Assembly: GCF_009834535.1 (NCBI RefSeq)
Contig: NC_045697.1
Span: 9,612,001-9,676,000, forward strand
From: Camelus ferus
Taxonomy: Eukaryota
DNA: 64,000 nucleotides
Direction: 5' to 3'
Positions 24,640 to 37,359 of this stretch are shown here, piece by piece; the first letter of the stretch is position 1, and each line of letters starts with the position of its first letter. Made by a program: the position numbers and the translations under genes. Below the pieces are notes generated by a model. It was not told the DNA's origin. It saw only the letters and a program-made list of their open reading frames with translations, and did not search any database.

Positions 24640-27017
24640 TTCTCAGATGAGTGCCTAAAGGGAACTGACACAACTAAGATGACTTATTTACCTGCTTCAT
24701 CCTTCTGTAGCAGTAAGGGTATGATGGATAGTGCTAAAGCAGCCATTTTGGACTATGAGGTGGTCTTCATGATGGATGCCAAATTCTAAGAATAGAAAGA
24801 AAGGGACCTGGGACATTGATGAATGTAGAACCACTAAAGCAGTCCGATGTTACCTACTGCTAGACGTCTTTCATATGAGACTGAAATAAACTTCTTCTTT
24901 GTATATTCTACTGTAATTTTGCATTTCTTTTAGATGCAGCTGGAGCTAACCTACCTAACTGATGCAGAACGTAGTTCTTGCAGGAGAAGTAATAAAGGAA
25001 CAGATACTAAAATTTGTCATTGCTTTATAAGAGAAGGCACTAGAGCAGTTTTTAAGGCCTAGGAGATTGCAGGCAAGAAACTGGGTGCCCTATGCTAGAT
25101 GGTGGCACAACTTCTGGCCAACCTCATTCCTATTGAAAGCAGAGATCACACACTCACTGAGGCTGCAACATCAAGACAGAAGAAAGGAAAATTCCAGAAT
25201 GTTGGTGGATTAGTTCTCTATTGCTGAATATCAAATACCCCCAAAACTTAAAAGCTTGAAACAGGAAATATTTATTGTCTCACAGTTTTTATGGGTAAGA
25301 AATCCAAGCACGACTTAGCTGGGTCTTTCTTGATCAAGGTTTCTTTTAGGGTTGCAATGAAGGTATCACTTTGGGTTTCAGCCTCATCTGAAGGCTCAGC
25401 TGAGATCTATTTACAAGTTCACAGACGTGGTTTTTGGCAGGATTAGTTCTGTAAAGTCCATTGGATTAAGAGCCTCAGTTCTTCACTGGATATTGGTCAA
25501 AGGCCTCCCTCAATTTCTTTCCACAGGCCCTTCCAGAAGGCAGCTGGTTTCCCTCAGAGAGAAAGTGTTGGAGTGAGAGAGAAGAGAAAGAGCACTCAAA
25601 TCCTAATGTCACGAGGGCCCCACCACCTCTCCTATGTTTTATTAACCCGTAGTGAGTCTCTAAATCCAGCCCACGTTCAAGGGAGGTAGATACGTAAGTA
25701 AACACCAGGAAGTGGTGATCGTTGGGGACCGCCTTAGGGGCTCCTACCACAGTTGATACGGGACAACATTGCACGACACTTTTAGCAAAGTTCCACAAAA
25801 AATAAAGTCAAACAACATCTATCCATTTACAAGAAGAAATCATAGGAAATACAGTTTTGCTTTGCCCACAGACTGTCATCCAGACTAAGAATCTATAATT
25901 GGAGAACTTGGAAGATTGTTACCTAACGTGAATTTATTATCAGCATTAAGTTGACTTGCTAGTAAAATGAGAATAAATGTATTGCTTCCTGACCAAAGTT
26001 TCATATGGCTGTGAGGTTGGGGGAGAAGAATGAACTGAACACAGACAATTGTGAATAAACTCCAAGAGTCTTCAGGTTTAAAACCTCCAGCTTGGCAAGA
26101 TTTTTGGTTGTGATCTCTCAGATACAGAACTTCCCAGGAACAGGTAAAACAGAAACCTTCTAAGCTGTCAAACAAGGGTCTGCCCTGCAGGAGCTGTCAT
26201 TTTCCACGGACTGGTTGCTGTGATGTTAGACTTTACTCCCATTCCCCTTTACTGAATGGGAGTTTTTTCTGCAGATATGCTGTTTCTGCTTTACCACTGA
26301 GCATTGGCTGTGCAAAGAGTGAGACCCAGACAGGTTGTCCCAGTATGTAGGTTCACTGGGGTTCAAGGAGACTCCATCAGATCTGGTAGAAAGAACTGCA
26401 CATCCTCTGAGATCCTAGACGTACCTGGATGAGCTATCCAGACCCTCTTCTTTGGAGAGGGGTTATGTTCTACATATCAGAAAAAGGCAGGTTTGGATTT
26501 GGGGATCTAAAAAGATAAACTGATGGGAAATATTTGATGCCTACCCATATCTGTTGTCCTTTTTTCCCTTAATAGCAGACTCTTGTTTATTCAAGGTGGT
26601 GATCCACCGAGATAAAAGGTACATTCCCCAGACTGCCTTGCAGTTGGGTAGACAAGATGACTGAGTTCTGTTCAATGAGATGGAGCTTAACTAACGTGTG
26701 GGACCTCTGGGAAAATTCCTAAAGGAGAGCTAACTCACCTAGAAGGTACATCCTAATACTTCATCTTCTTCCTGCTGCCTGAGGCATGGATGCAATGGTT
26801 AGAGGTCCATGGAAGATGAGGCGATCTTGAGGATAGAAACCAGTACTTGAATGATGGAGTAGAAGATGCCTGGGTCCCTGATGACCACAGAGTGGCCACA
26901 CCCACCCTGGGTTTCCTATGTCTGGACTTCTTTCATATAAGAGAGAAGTAAACTTCTACCTTATCTAAGCTACTGCTGTTTTAGGTTTTTCGCCTTGCAT
27001 GTAACCAGACTGATACA
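24640..27017 (+). mobile_element. MLT1J-like MaLR element: partial 5' LTR (~24640-24966), internal region, 3' LTR (~26521-27017)
   Basis: Two homologous LTR ends: gacgtctttcatatgagactgaaataaacttct (24863-24895) vs gacttctttcatataagagagaagtaaacttct (26925-26957), ending actgatgca and actgataca. Confidence 0.75.
25206..25751 (-). mobile_element. MLT1F-like solo LTR nested in the MLT1J-like internal region
   Basis: ttagttctctattgctg...tttattgtctcacagttttt...cctcatctgaaggctc...cttaggggctcctaccaca; near-TSD GTTGG (25201-25205) and GTTGA (25752-25756). Confidence 0.85.
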
Positions 27018-28199
27018 AGCACCTAGTTAACATCCAGGCCTACGAATAGGGAGTTCTCAGGGAAGTGCCTGGCACACAGTAGGTGCTCAATAGCTATGAA
27101 GTGTGGTTACTACTCGAATGCAGTACGTGGATGGCTGCATTTGGTCATTCCCAACAACCTGAGGGCCCGTGGACTTTATTACCTTCTTCATTTTCCACGT
27201 GGAAACCCCAAGGCACATAAACTTGTCCAACTTCAGTCACTCAGTAAATAGCAGAATAGAGATTTGACCCAGGCTTTTGGGCATTAGAATGCCTCTCGGT
27301 AATTCTGTGCTACCACCGTCCTCATAACCTACATGCCCGTAGATCACCCTACACTTTCTATGAACCATAGTGACATTACTTTGTCTCTGGGGACTCTTTC
27401 AACCTGCTGAGTGGACTGTAAAGGGTTAATGAAATATGAAATACAGGAATGTGTTCCTGCTACAGTGGACATCGCCCTTCCACACACATTTTGTTTTCCA
27501 TTCCCAGCAAACCAGGGTCCCGTCTTCTCTTGTCCAATCCAGAGCTGTCTGCAGGGAGCTGCCCGCTCCTCTCCCCACCCTGCCCCTGCCCCTGCCCCTG
27601 CCCTTCGGCTGGTCCCGAAGCAGAGTGAGAAGAGGACAAGGGAGCGGCTGCTCCTAATCTAATTAGGTGTCAGGGTGGAGGCCAAGGTAGTGTGGTTGTA
27701 AGAGAAGAAGGGGGAACGCAGTCTAAACAGTAGAGCCTCCAGGATGAACGCCTCCTTGGAAGCTGCTGCCTCGCCTGCACCTTTGTGTCAACTGTTTGCC
27801 TTGGCTAATCCCCTCACACCTAGCAGGTGGGGCTGAGTGTGACAGAAGCAGCAGAAGTGAAGCAGGAGATCAGAGGAAGGGAGGGAGACTTGGGACAGTT
27901 CAAGTGCAGATGGAAGGGCAGGGGTGAGCGGCTCCCAGGGGAGCTGAAAGGTTGCAGTGATACACTCTCCCGCTTCGCGGTGTTTTTGATTCTTAGGCAG
28001 GAGAGGGATGCATCAGGCAAAATTTCAGGACTGATTCGGAAGTTCATGGATGTGATCTTTGTGTTGCAGAGAGGAAAACTAGAGATAGCAAAGAGAAAAC
28101 GAAACAGAGGCTGTGTGAAGAGTGAATACCCAGCCGAGTCTGACCGTCCACAAAGCAGGATAATGGTGATTCCTGCTGTGACGCTCGCTGACCACAAGT

Positions 28200-28385
28200 G
28201 TGCATTGTTCTAAGCGCTTTACCTACCCCACTAATCCTTTCACCTTCTCCACAAGGGACACACCTTATCCTCATTTGACGCCTGACGAGGTCAGAGCACA
28301 GATAGGATAAGTAACTTGCCCAAGGTTACACAGCCAGGATGCCAATCCAGGCACTTAATCTCTAGAGACCCTGAGCTTAATTACT
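28200..28385 (-). mobile_element. MIR SINE
   Basis: taagtaacttgcccaaggttacacagcca. Confidence 0.75.
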
Positions 28386-28989
28386 AGATCCTTAGAACAA
28401 AAGTTTTTGGAGTCAGCAAGGATGGGAAGGAGTGATTCAATTAACGAATGATCAAATTAATGAATAAGTAAATTACTGATTGAATAAATTTACAAACAAA
28501 TGAATTAAATAAATGAATCAATCAACCACTTTTGAGAATTATATAGCATTTACCAGGTCTTTATCTTGAGACTACATCCAACTCTTTGAATCTAATCAAA
28601 ATTTCCACAAAGAGAAGGCAGGCTGTTATTGGTGTCTTTGTAGGTACTGTAGTGGGAGGATGATCGAAATACAGGAAAGGAGATGGGAGGCCATTGACAC
28701 AGCTTGATTTTTCCCTCCAAGACCAGCCTTGGTGTCTCCTATTCTCCAGAAGCCAAAACACCTGTCAGTTACTTCCCAAACATAATTTTGGGAATTTTGT
28801 AATTTTCTCCTCTAAAATGCCATTATTTAGAGATTGATTTGAGTCTCATTTAAAAAAAAAATAGGGTAGAAATCTGATCAGTCATTCATACCTTTTACTC
28901 ATTAATTCATTTGTTTAAAATTCATCAAGTCCAACTATCTACCAGTCTTTGTGCTAGACTCCGCCCTACACTGAGAGGAGAGCCACTAG

Positions 28990-29435
28990 CTCTGACTCCC
29001 CTGGAAGCAGACTCTGAGGCCAGGATGGATGTGCAAGAAGTTTATTTGGAGACAATCCCAGGACAACTGTTTGAGAAATGGGGGAGTGAGACTGGGCAGA
29101 GAAAGGGAATGATAACGGCCGTTGTCATGCTGGTCACTGAGGGGGCTCAGCCCTATCTGAGAACTCTTGGACGGGTTGCAGAACTTGCCTCCTTAGTGAC
29201 CCTGCCAAAGGCTGATGAACTGGACTATTCATCACCTGACTCTAATCCATCACTCACTGAGATGAGGGCTGCTCCCAGGGACCCTAGCCCTCTTGCATGT
29301 CTGGTTTTCCCTGCCCATGGATGTAGAAAGTCTGCTCAGGTGGAAAGCTGCAGGTGCCTATTACAGGACACTGTGGGCAGGCACTAGAAGAGTGGACATC
29401 AGCAGGCAATGAGTGGGGTCCCACAGCATCTGCTA
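28990..29435 (-). mobile_element. ERVL-type solo LTR (LTR33/LTR16E-like)
   Basis: cccctggaagcagactctgaggc...gtgcaagaagtttatttggaga...ggggagtgagactggg...cacagcatctgcta; tttatt is the minus-strand poly(A) signal. Confidence 0.7.
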
Positions 29436-29964
29436 GAAATGGACGTGTAGGTGATTAAGGCAGGAGCTAGAGTAGAGGCATGCCCCGTGAACTATGAGAG
29501 CAGACAGGAAGGAAGGACTAACTTTTTCTCCACTGGGCTTCTGTGACCACTTTCCAACACATGCACAAATATCCATGTGCACGTGCGCATGTGCATACAC
29601 ACACACCAGCTTCAAGGCTTATTAAACACCTCTCCCCGTTTCTTTTGAAGCTCACAAACATTCCCCCATCAGAGCACTTAGCATAAATGCTTATGTTCTC
29701 CTTTTTACAAGGACGAAGGACCTTTTGAGACACCAAGCTTTGAAAAGATCATGGTTTCTTTCCTTCTGAAATGGAATTCAATATAAAAACACTCCTAAAG
29801 CATAAATACATGCAGGGAAGTTCAAACTGGTTGTGATTTTTTTTTTCTTATGTTGATAACATATTTGTGTGTGTGTAAAATTATCAAATTATTTCTAAAC
29901 AATTTCTTGGTGTCCTTTTTTCTTGGTGTCCCAGAGACATACCCATTAGGTAGTCTCTATGCTC

Positions 29965-30098
29965 TTCCCAAGACTTAAGGACCATGAGGATGAGGGGAAC
30001 CTTGTCTACTTTGAGATCACTGGTATCCCCAAGAACTGGTAATATCATGCACCGAGTAGGAAGTCATCAAATGCTGGATGGATGGATGGATGGATGGA
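29965..30098 (+). mobile_element. L2 3' end with (TGGA)n tail
   Basis: tcactggtatccccaagaactgg...gagtaggaagtcatcaaatgc then tggatggatggatggatggatgga. Confidence 0.6.
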
Positions 30099-31114
30099 GA
30101 TACAGGTGAGTCCTATTTGGATGGAGAGAAGTCCCAGGTCATGTCAGAGGTTTCAGAGGTGAACTCTGAACTCAGTCCTAGAAAATGAGCAATGGAGGTC
30201 TTCAGACAGAGGTTCAGAGTTGAGGGCAGGGGTAGCTTAACACCTGTACTTCCGGTGTTAGGAGCCGCCGTTCAGCTTCACCTAGTTCAGCTCTCCTGTT
30301 GGAACACCTCAGGCCTCTGCGGTTAGTGCCTCTCAGGGCTTTCAAGTCAGCGTGACAGGGAAGGACGTCATGGGTGGTCTCTGAAGCTGTCAGCAGCTTT
30401 GGCCACTGCCACAAATAATTTATTCCCTCTGCTCTGGCTTTTGCTACTGAGAGGGACAGCCTAATTGGGTCTTCCTGGCAATCCACGTCAGCTAGAAGCT
30501 TCCTGCTAAGATCCCCCTGCCTGCTTTCCAACCGTTCTCAGTGCCAAGGCCTAACACGGATGAACGTTTATAAATCATACGCCTGCTGAGAAAACCCTCC
30601 AGTGATTGTTTTCTCCAATCCAGGCATTCCCTGCCAGCTACTTCAAAGGCTTTTGAAGTCACTGCTAATTTAAAAGCAATAATAAGATTGACACTGAAAT
30701 GCTTCCCAGCTGGTTTTTCTGGGCAATAGCTCTCACCAGTTCCTTTTACAACCTGCTTTCTGTTACAGTTTGGGCTTTGCAAAACATGACTTTTAGAACA
30801 CTTTCAAAACAGAACAGAATGTGTTTTAAAACAAAGAACATGGTCCAAGCACAGATAGAAATATGTTCTTCCCCATTTAGGAAATATTTCTTAATAATCA
30901 ACCTGAGCAAATTCAGGTTTGGAGTCTGTGAGTCCTAGGTGCAAAACCCAACACCTCCATCGGTTAATTCGGGGCTCTTAGATGAGTTATTTACCTCCTT
31001 GAAACCATTTTCTGAAAATAAGGCATAAAATTACCTTTCTTGAAAGCTGGTTAGGGAAGTGGAGGTTCCCGGGGCGGGGTGGGGTTGCGAAAAATGCAGG
31101 TACGGCACACAAGT

Positions 31115-31400
31115 CAGACCCCAAGGTCAAATCTCAGCTCTGCCACTTTGCAGCTGGTTAACCTTGGCCTTAGCTGATTCACTCAACCTCCCTGAGAACC
31201 CATTTCTTTACCTATAAAGGTGGTATAATAAGATATATCTCATATGATAAGTATAAGGATTGAATTTTATGACATATAAAACACAGTATCTGGTACCAAG
31301 TAAATATTCAACAAAATGTTATCTTTTATGGATGTGACGATAAAATGAGAAAAAGTACATGAGGCCCAGGTGTAGTGCCTGGCACTGGACAGTGTGCTTG
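31115..31400 (+). mobile_element. MIR SINE fragments
   Basis: tcaaatctcagctctgccactttgcagctggttaaccttggc...catttctttacctataaaggtggtataataa. Confidence 0.75.
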
Positions 31401-31441
31401 GCAAGAATTACCCACTTTAAAACTGTTCTCATTGTCACATC

Positions 31442-31915
31442 TGTATCAGCTGTTGCTTTATAATCAATCGCCCCAAAGCTCAGAGATTAACTGTATCAGT
31501 GACTGAATCACTGTAAACATTTTATTTTATTGTTTAAGCTCAGGCTTAAAACAACAGCAGTTCAATACAGCTCATGAGTCTACGTTTCAGCTGCGGGCTG
31601 GCAGTTCTTCTGATCTGGAATGGTCTCAGTTGCAATGGTTGGTCTCTGCTCTGCCCAGTTTCTCATCCTCCGGCAGGCTGGCCCCAGCTTGTTTACATAG
31701 GGGCCAGGCAAGGTCCCAAAAGAGAATCAGCAAAAGCTTGGAATTGGCTCTGCAGAATTTCTGCCACTATCCAAGGCACGTCCCAGGCCGCCCCAGATCC
31801 CAAGGCTGGGGGAAAAGATTGCACCTCTTGATGGAAGGAGCTGCAAAGTTACATGCCAAAGAGCAGGAATGTGGTGAGAGGAGGGAAGTCGTGCCCATTT
31901 TTGCCATCTACTACA
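31442..31915 (-). mobile_element. MLT1H-like MaLR LTR
   Basis: ggcttaaaacaac...cagctcatgagtct...tctcatcctccggcaggctggccccagcttgtttacat...ggagctgcaaagttacat...ccatttttgccatctactaca. Confidence 0.8.
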
Positions 31916-32529
31916 TGCCCCAAAGTAAACTACAGTGGACGCTTTGGGAGGAGTCCATCATGAGAACTCATACGCTCTGTTTTCCAGCGTAGGTTCAGAA
32001 ACAGACTTTCAGCCTTTCAGAAGAGATCAGTTACAAGATTTTCTTTTTGGGAGAAAAAAAAAAAAAAAAGCTGGTTAAGCAGGTAGTTTGCATCATAGAT
32101 CCTTGGGAGAGCTAACCTGGCTTTACTCACAAGCCGGCAGTAAGATGCTTTACTGTCTGATGGCTCCTTCCCAGGCCTGCAGCAGGAGTGCGGTGAGAGT
32201 GGTGTGGGACTGTCATTGCACAGCAGCTGCGATGGTCTTCCTGAGGCTCGGATAATGGAAAGGATGTGGCTCCTGAATGCCAGTCTTGTCGCAGGCCCAT
32301 CAGACCATCCAGCTCAGGGTGAGAGGCTTTGCTAAGGATCTAGAACTTGCGGGGGCTACGGGAAAGGCTAGAGCCAGTGTCTCCGGGGATGGGAGAGGAT
32401 CGAGTACCCACCTTTCCCATCTCAGTCATAGGAAGGAGAGAGATTTCAGTTTACTCAAGGGGGACAGAAGATGGCTCTTAAAAGCTGGTCTCATTTTCAA
32501 GGCTTTCTAGAGAGCTTATTTTTTGAAGA

Positions 32530-32740
32530 GCATAGGATTTGAAATCCGAACTTGGTGTGAATCCCAGTTCTGCTATTTACTCTTTCTGTGACCTTGGGCG
32601 AATTGCTTACCGCCCCTGGCTTCCCTTCTTCCAATCTCTAATACAGAGACAATAATACCTAATTTACAATGCTGCTATGAGGACTAGATCAAGGAAATGC
32701 CATCTAGAAAGGGCTTGACGCAAGATGGGTTTCAGTAGCT
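32530..32740 (+). mobile_element. MIR SINE
   Basis: gtgaatcccagttctgctatttactctttctgtgaccttgggcgaattgctta. Confidence 0.85.
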
Positions 32741-34514
32741 CTTTAGTCCACATCCCACCCTCCCAGCAGCCTGCAGTCACTGAACATTAGTAGGACAAAT
32801 CAGAGTGAGATCCTTGAATAATGAACTCCGCGTGCCTTCTTTCTGCGACAGTAGGATCTGTGCACTAACAAGGGATTCGCCCCCACTTAAGGTTTTAATG
32901 AACCAGAATCATATAAATGCTGTCTCCACCTTCCAACCCATTCACCCCATTCTAGGCTGGGAGCCTCAGCTTTTCTCTTCTAGGCTGATCTGGGTAGTCG
33001 GTCTCACCAGAATGACCCTACGACCCTGTGATGAATGCTGAGAGCTCTGAACCCCAGCCCTTCGTTTCTGTGTCTTGCCAGTCAGGATAGAGTAATGAGT
33101 TAAAACTGCCTTTAGTACAGACCAGTTCTAGAAGCTGGTCTGTCACTAATTCTTGTTGCTCTTGAATTTCTTTATCTATAAACAGAGTATAATAATATGT
33201 ATCTACTAAAGTCAAAATCCAGGGCTTCAATATGTGTAATAGCAGTATTTAAACACTGTAGAAGAACACTATAAACGTATGTTAGCATATCTTGGTTTTT
33301 ATATAAGGCACTGGCTATGTTATTTTATGTAAGTATATTCTCAGAAGTGGAGAAGATTTATGTTTACCTGGGTCCATCTTTAAAGGCTTCATAGAAGCAG
33401 TGGCATTTTTATTTACTTGGCCATCAGGGACTGGAGAGAAAGGTGCTCTGGGTAGAGGTTACCCAAGATATAGGGATATAAGGGTTGGTCAGAGCATAGA
33501 ATTTGAGGAAGAGTAGGGAATAAAAGGAGAATAAACCCCTATGAATCATTGATGAAGGGCAGTTATCCTTGCAATTATGTGGCCACACTGTGGGTGACCT
33601 TCCTTCTCAAGGTCAGCTTATGGTCATGGTACAAGATGGCTGCTCTAGCCACCCTGGGCACCACTGTCCTGCTCCAGGGCTCTTTCTGAAGGAGAAGAGA
33701 GAGCTCTAGAGCCCATTCCCAGAAGAATATGTAAAAGATGGGTCAGTGAGGGATACAAGAAAGGGTCCAGGAAAGAGGAGATCTGACTGCATTTGCAAAT
33801 CAGCGAAGGCCAGCATTATACAGTATGTAGATGCTTTTAAATAGTCACATATCTTGAAGATTCCCAGATTTTGATATTATTGTTCTTTTATTCTTAAATT
33901 CATCAACAAAAAACTCAGAAGACTTCAGGAGGGTTCGTGCCCTTCCTTAGCACCATGATGGTAGAAGGGCCAACTGTATCACTATCCACAGTGGCCAGGA
34001 ACAGAAAGAACACAACATGGGACATGAGGGGGTGGGGAAGCAATATGGAAGGGGCAGGCTGGTCCCAGAAGCCAACAGATAAGTTCACAAGAGTGGCTAG
34101 TGGGTGTTCTAGTGCTGGATCCTACTGAATGAATCTCCAGCCTTGCTTTGTCACTTACCACTAAGATGTATGGTCAAGTCAAATGCATGTCTACACATCT
34201 TTCCCGAAGCAGAGGGAAGGCTCCTGGCTGTGTAGAGTCTGAGACCTATGCAATTTGAGGCCCTTTTTGAGAAATAAAATACAAATCTAGTATTATCAAA
34301 TGAACTGTGAAGCCTTGAAAGAGTCCTATGCAAATGAGGGGAAGGGGAAAATTAGATAAAGAGAACGCCAGACAATAAGACAATATTAACTGGGACCTGT
34401 GGATTCTAGACTTGGCTCTATCATTAACCAACCATGTGACAACAGGTGTATCAGATTCCTTCTCTGAGACTCACCTTTCCTTCTGGAATATGAAGGTGCC
34501 CTCCATTGCCACCT

Positions 34515-34945
34515 CATCAGTTAGGGTCACGGCAGGAAACAGGTGACTCTTAAAATAGGTCATAGCAGAAATATATAGTAGGTGAGGGATAAGGTGAGAG
34601 TAAAGCAGAAGGAGAGTACCCAGGGCTTGTACAGTAGACAGCTGTCACCAACACTGGGTCTGAAAGGACAGATGTTGGATGATGGAAAGGGTAAGTAACT
34701 CTATAGAGAGGACCCCTCGACAGTGGCCTGAGAGATGCAGCAACATTGAGTGGTCTGCCAAAAAGGAGTTCAAGGAATGAATACCATCACTCACTTCCCA
34801 TCCACCACCTTCTGCTAGGGTTCCCTGTGGGAAAGACCTAGCCAGAATTCAGAGCGAGAAGGAACTCATTGATGTGGTCCATACCGATAAGTGTTTTGAG
34901 GCACAAGGGAGGAGAGGATGGAGATGGGTCTGGAGGAGCAAAGAT
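34515..34945 (-). mobile_element. Old ERVL-type LTR (subfamily uncertain)
   Basis: tcagttagggtcacggcaggaaacagg...gagatgggtctggaggagcaaa resembles recalled LTR40/LTR79-like ends. Confidence 0.5.
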
Positions 34946-35544
34946 ACCAGGAAGGGTTGCTGGGTCTCTTCACATCTGCTGCCCTGGTGGGCTGTCTGTA
35001 TAGAAGGTCTCCAGAAGTTTATGACTTAAAACATGAGCTTGATAGACCTATCTTTTTGTTTTCTTTCCCTCTCCCTGTAAAAATGGCTATGCCCAAAGAT
35101 ACTAGAGGAAGTAATGTAACTATGCCCCATTTCCCCTTGAAAATGGAGCTCTAGTTATTAACTTTAAATTCGAGCTCTGGGCCCATCATGCCACTTCTCA
35201 GAGCCTTGGTTTCCTCATCCTTTTCACAAGATTATTGTAGTAACCAGCTCAGATCATGGTCTTGTGCTTTGTAACCTGTAAGATCGGCATGCAAGACTGG
35301 ATCTTCTCATCAGAACTAAATCACAGTAATAATAAGTGATTTTTTTGAGGTTTGCTCTCTGCTCCTGAATAAACTCTTAACATGTATTCTTGCAAATAAC
35401 CCAATGAGAAAGGTGCTATTATCCCCCCCATTTTATAGATGAAGAAACTGAGATTGAGATTGGTTACATCATTTGCTCAGAGTAAAAAACACGTTGAACA
35501 GTGTCCCTCACACATTAATGGACCTCTGGATCGATTGTGTTGTG

Positions 35545-35662
35545 TCAGAATCAACCAGTAAAATGCAGATGCTGACTAGGAGAGTCTGGGGTGGGGCCTG
35601 AGATTCTGAATTTCTAACAAGGTGATAATTGCTGGTCCTCAGTCGCATCCTGAATAGCAAGG
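35545..35662. mobile_element. MER5A-like hAT-Charlie MITE
   Basis: aaaatgcagatgct...tctggggtggggcctgagattctgaatttctaacaag...gctggtcc...tgaatagcaagg. Confidence 0.8.
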
Positions 35663-36184
35663 AACTAAAAAGAGGAAAGAAGACATGCAAACCCAGTGAT
35701 CCAGATTACTCCAGAGTCTGGATATTGAACCACCACACAAACTACAGCATTGACTGCCCCCTCCTAATTTAAGGGGCCTGCTGGAAGAGGTCAGGCCTGG
35801 GGACACTGGTTGCACAATGTCTGAGGGGGTGGGCAGGAGGGAGAAGGACAGTATACAGCCAAGCCTGAAATCCGGTGGGACTGAGGTCCCCGTTGCCACC
35901 CTCCCTCCTTCCAGCCAATCGGGCTCCAAGTCCTAGAACTTCTACCTCTTCTTTTCCGCTCCCACTGCCAAGGGCCTGGTCTGGATCTTAATTTTCTGGA
36001 GCCAGCCGTCCAGGCTCAGATCCTAGCCCTGTCATGTATTAGCTCGATGACCTCTTGTTTCTTTCGTTGCCAGATGAAGGAATACCTTCTTCCTAAGATT
36101 GTTGTAAAGGCTAAACTAGTAAACCCGTATTGAAAGCCTTCAGAACAATGCCTGGCATATAGTAAGCACATAAACTAGTCAAAG

Positions 36185-36760
36185 CATCATCGCTGGTCTC
36201 CTTGTCTCTCAGCCAATTCAGATCCACTCACTCCATTAAGGTCAGAGAGCTATTTCTAGAACCTGGATCTGTCCTTACCAGCCTCTGGCTGCAGACCCTC
36301 CGCTGATAACCTTTGACTTCAGTGTGGCATGCTTGGCCTTTCCCCCAGGTCCTGGTCCCAGGTGTGGTCTTATACTCTGGTCATATTAAAGGACACACCA
36401 TTTCCTGAAATGGGCATTTACCTTTTTGCCTTTGAGGCTTTCCATCTACTGTTCCCTCCGCCTGGCCTGCCCTCTTGATCTTTCAAAATCAAACTCAAAC
36501 ACCACACCCTCTGGGCCAGCCCCAATCCTCCTCCTCTACCCTCGGATGTGACCAATGTTGCAAAAGGGTGCACTGCCCTGGAATGCTCTGCAGCCTCTGT
36601 TACTGAACATCAGAAGGTGACCATTCCTCTCCTTTAGATTCTGGGCACATATCATGTAGCCCCTGGGCCTAATCCAGGTCCTGACATGTGATGGAGTGCT
36701 GCCAGGGGCCTGATGAAAGATAAAACAGGAAGCAAACGAAGGAAGGAAAGAGGAGAAGGA
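36185..36760 (+). mobile_element. L2 fragments
   Basis: cagagagctatttctagaacctggatctg; gaggctttccatctactgttccctccgcctgg; tttcaaaatcaaactcaaacaccac. Confidence 0.6.
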
Positions 36761-37359
36761 CGGAGAGAGAAGTCTGGGTAATTTGTGCTGCTCTGGACTC
36801 GGGTTTCCTGGGCTACAGAGATGACTCACACTGACCTACCAATACCGAGTCATCCTTCTTAGAAAAAGATTTTGTTTCCAAAGTTTACAAAACAAAACTG
36901 TCCTGGTCGTTTGGGCTGAAGCCACATACTTCCCCACACACAAGCAAGGCTGTGCTGCAGATTCAGGGCAGTGATGTAAGTCAGGACCATAAATCTGTGG
37001 ATCAGCCTCAGACCAGTTCTGAAAAGCCTTTGTCATCTTTTAAGTCATCAGGCCAAAGCCTGCTTCTGAGGGAAAACACCTTTGGAATGGCAACAACCAA
37101 GCTTCCAGGAGATGGGAGGTTTAAGGAAGAATAAAAGACAGGATGGCTCTTGGAGTCAAAGTGGGGAATAATTTGTCTGCAAAGTATGAGTTCACTTAAT
37201 TTGTGTGATAAAAGACACCTTTTCCCTGCCTGTGTGTCCATGGAGCTATAAAAGCCTGTCACCGTGGCCTTGGATGAGGCCTCTGTGAACTGAATGGACT
37301 CTGGCTGCTGAGACCACTCAAGGGATTAGTACCCACCCTTTACCTATCACAGCACTGCT

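Noticed and set aside
28911..29387. 158-aa ORF
   Set aside because: Lies almost entirely across an ERVL-type LTR; no protein similarity recognised
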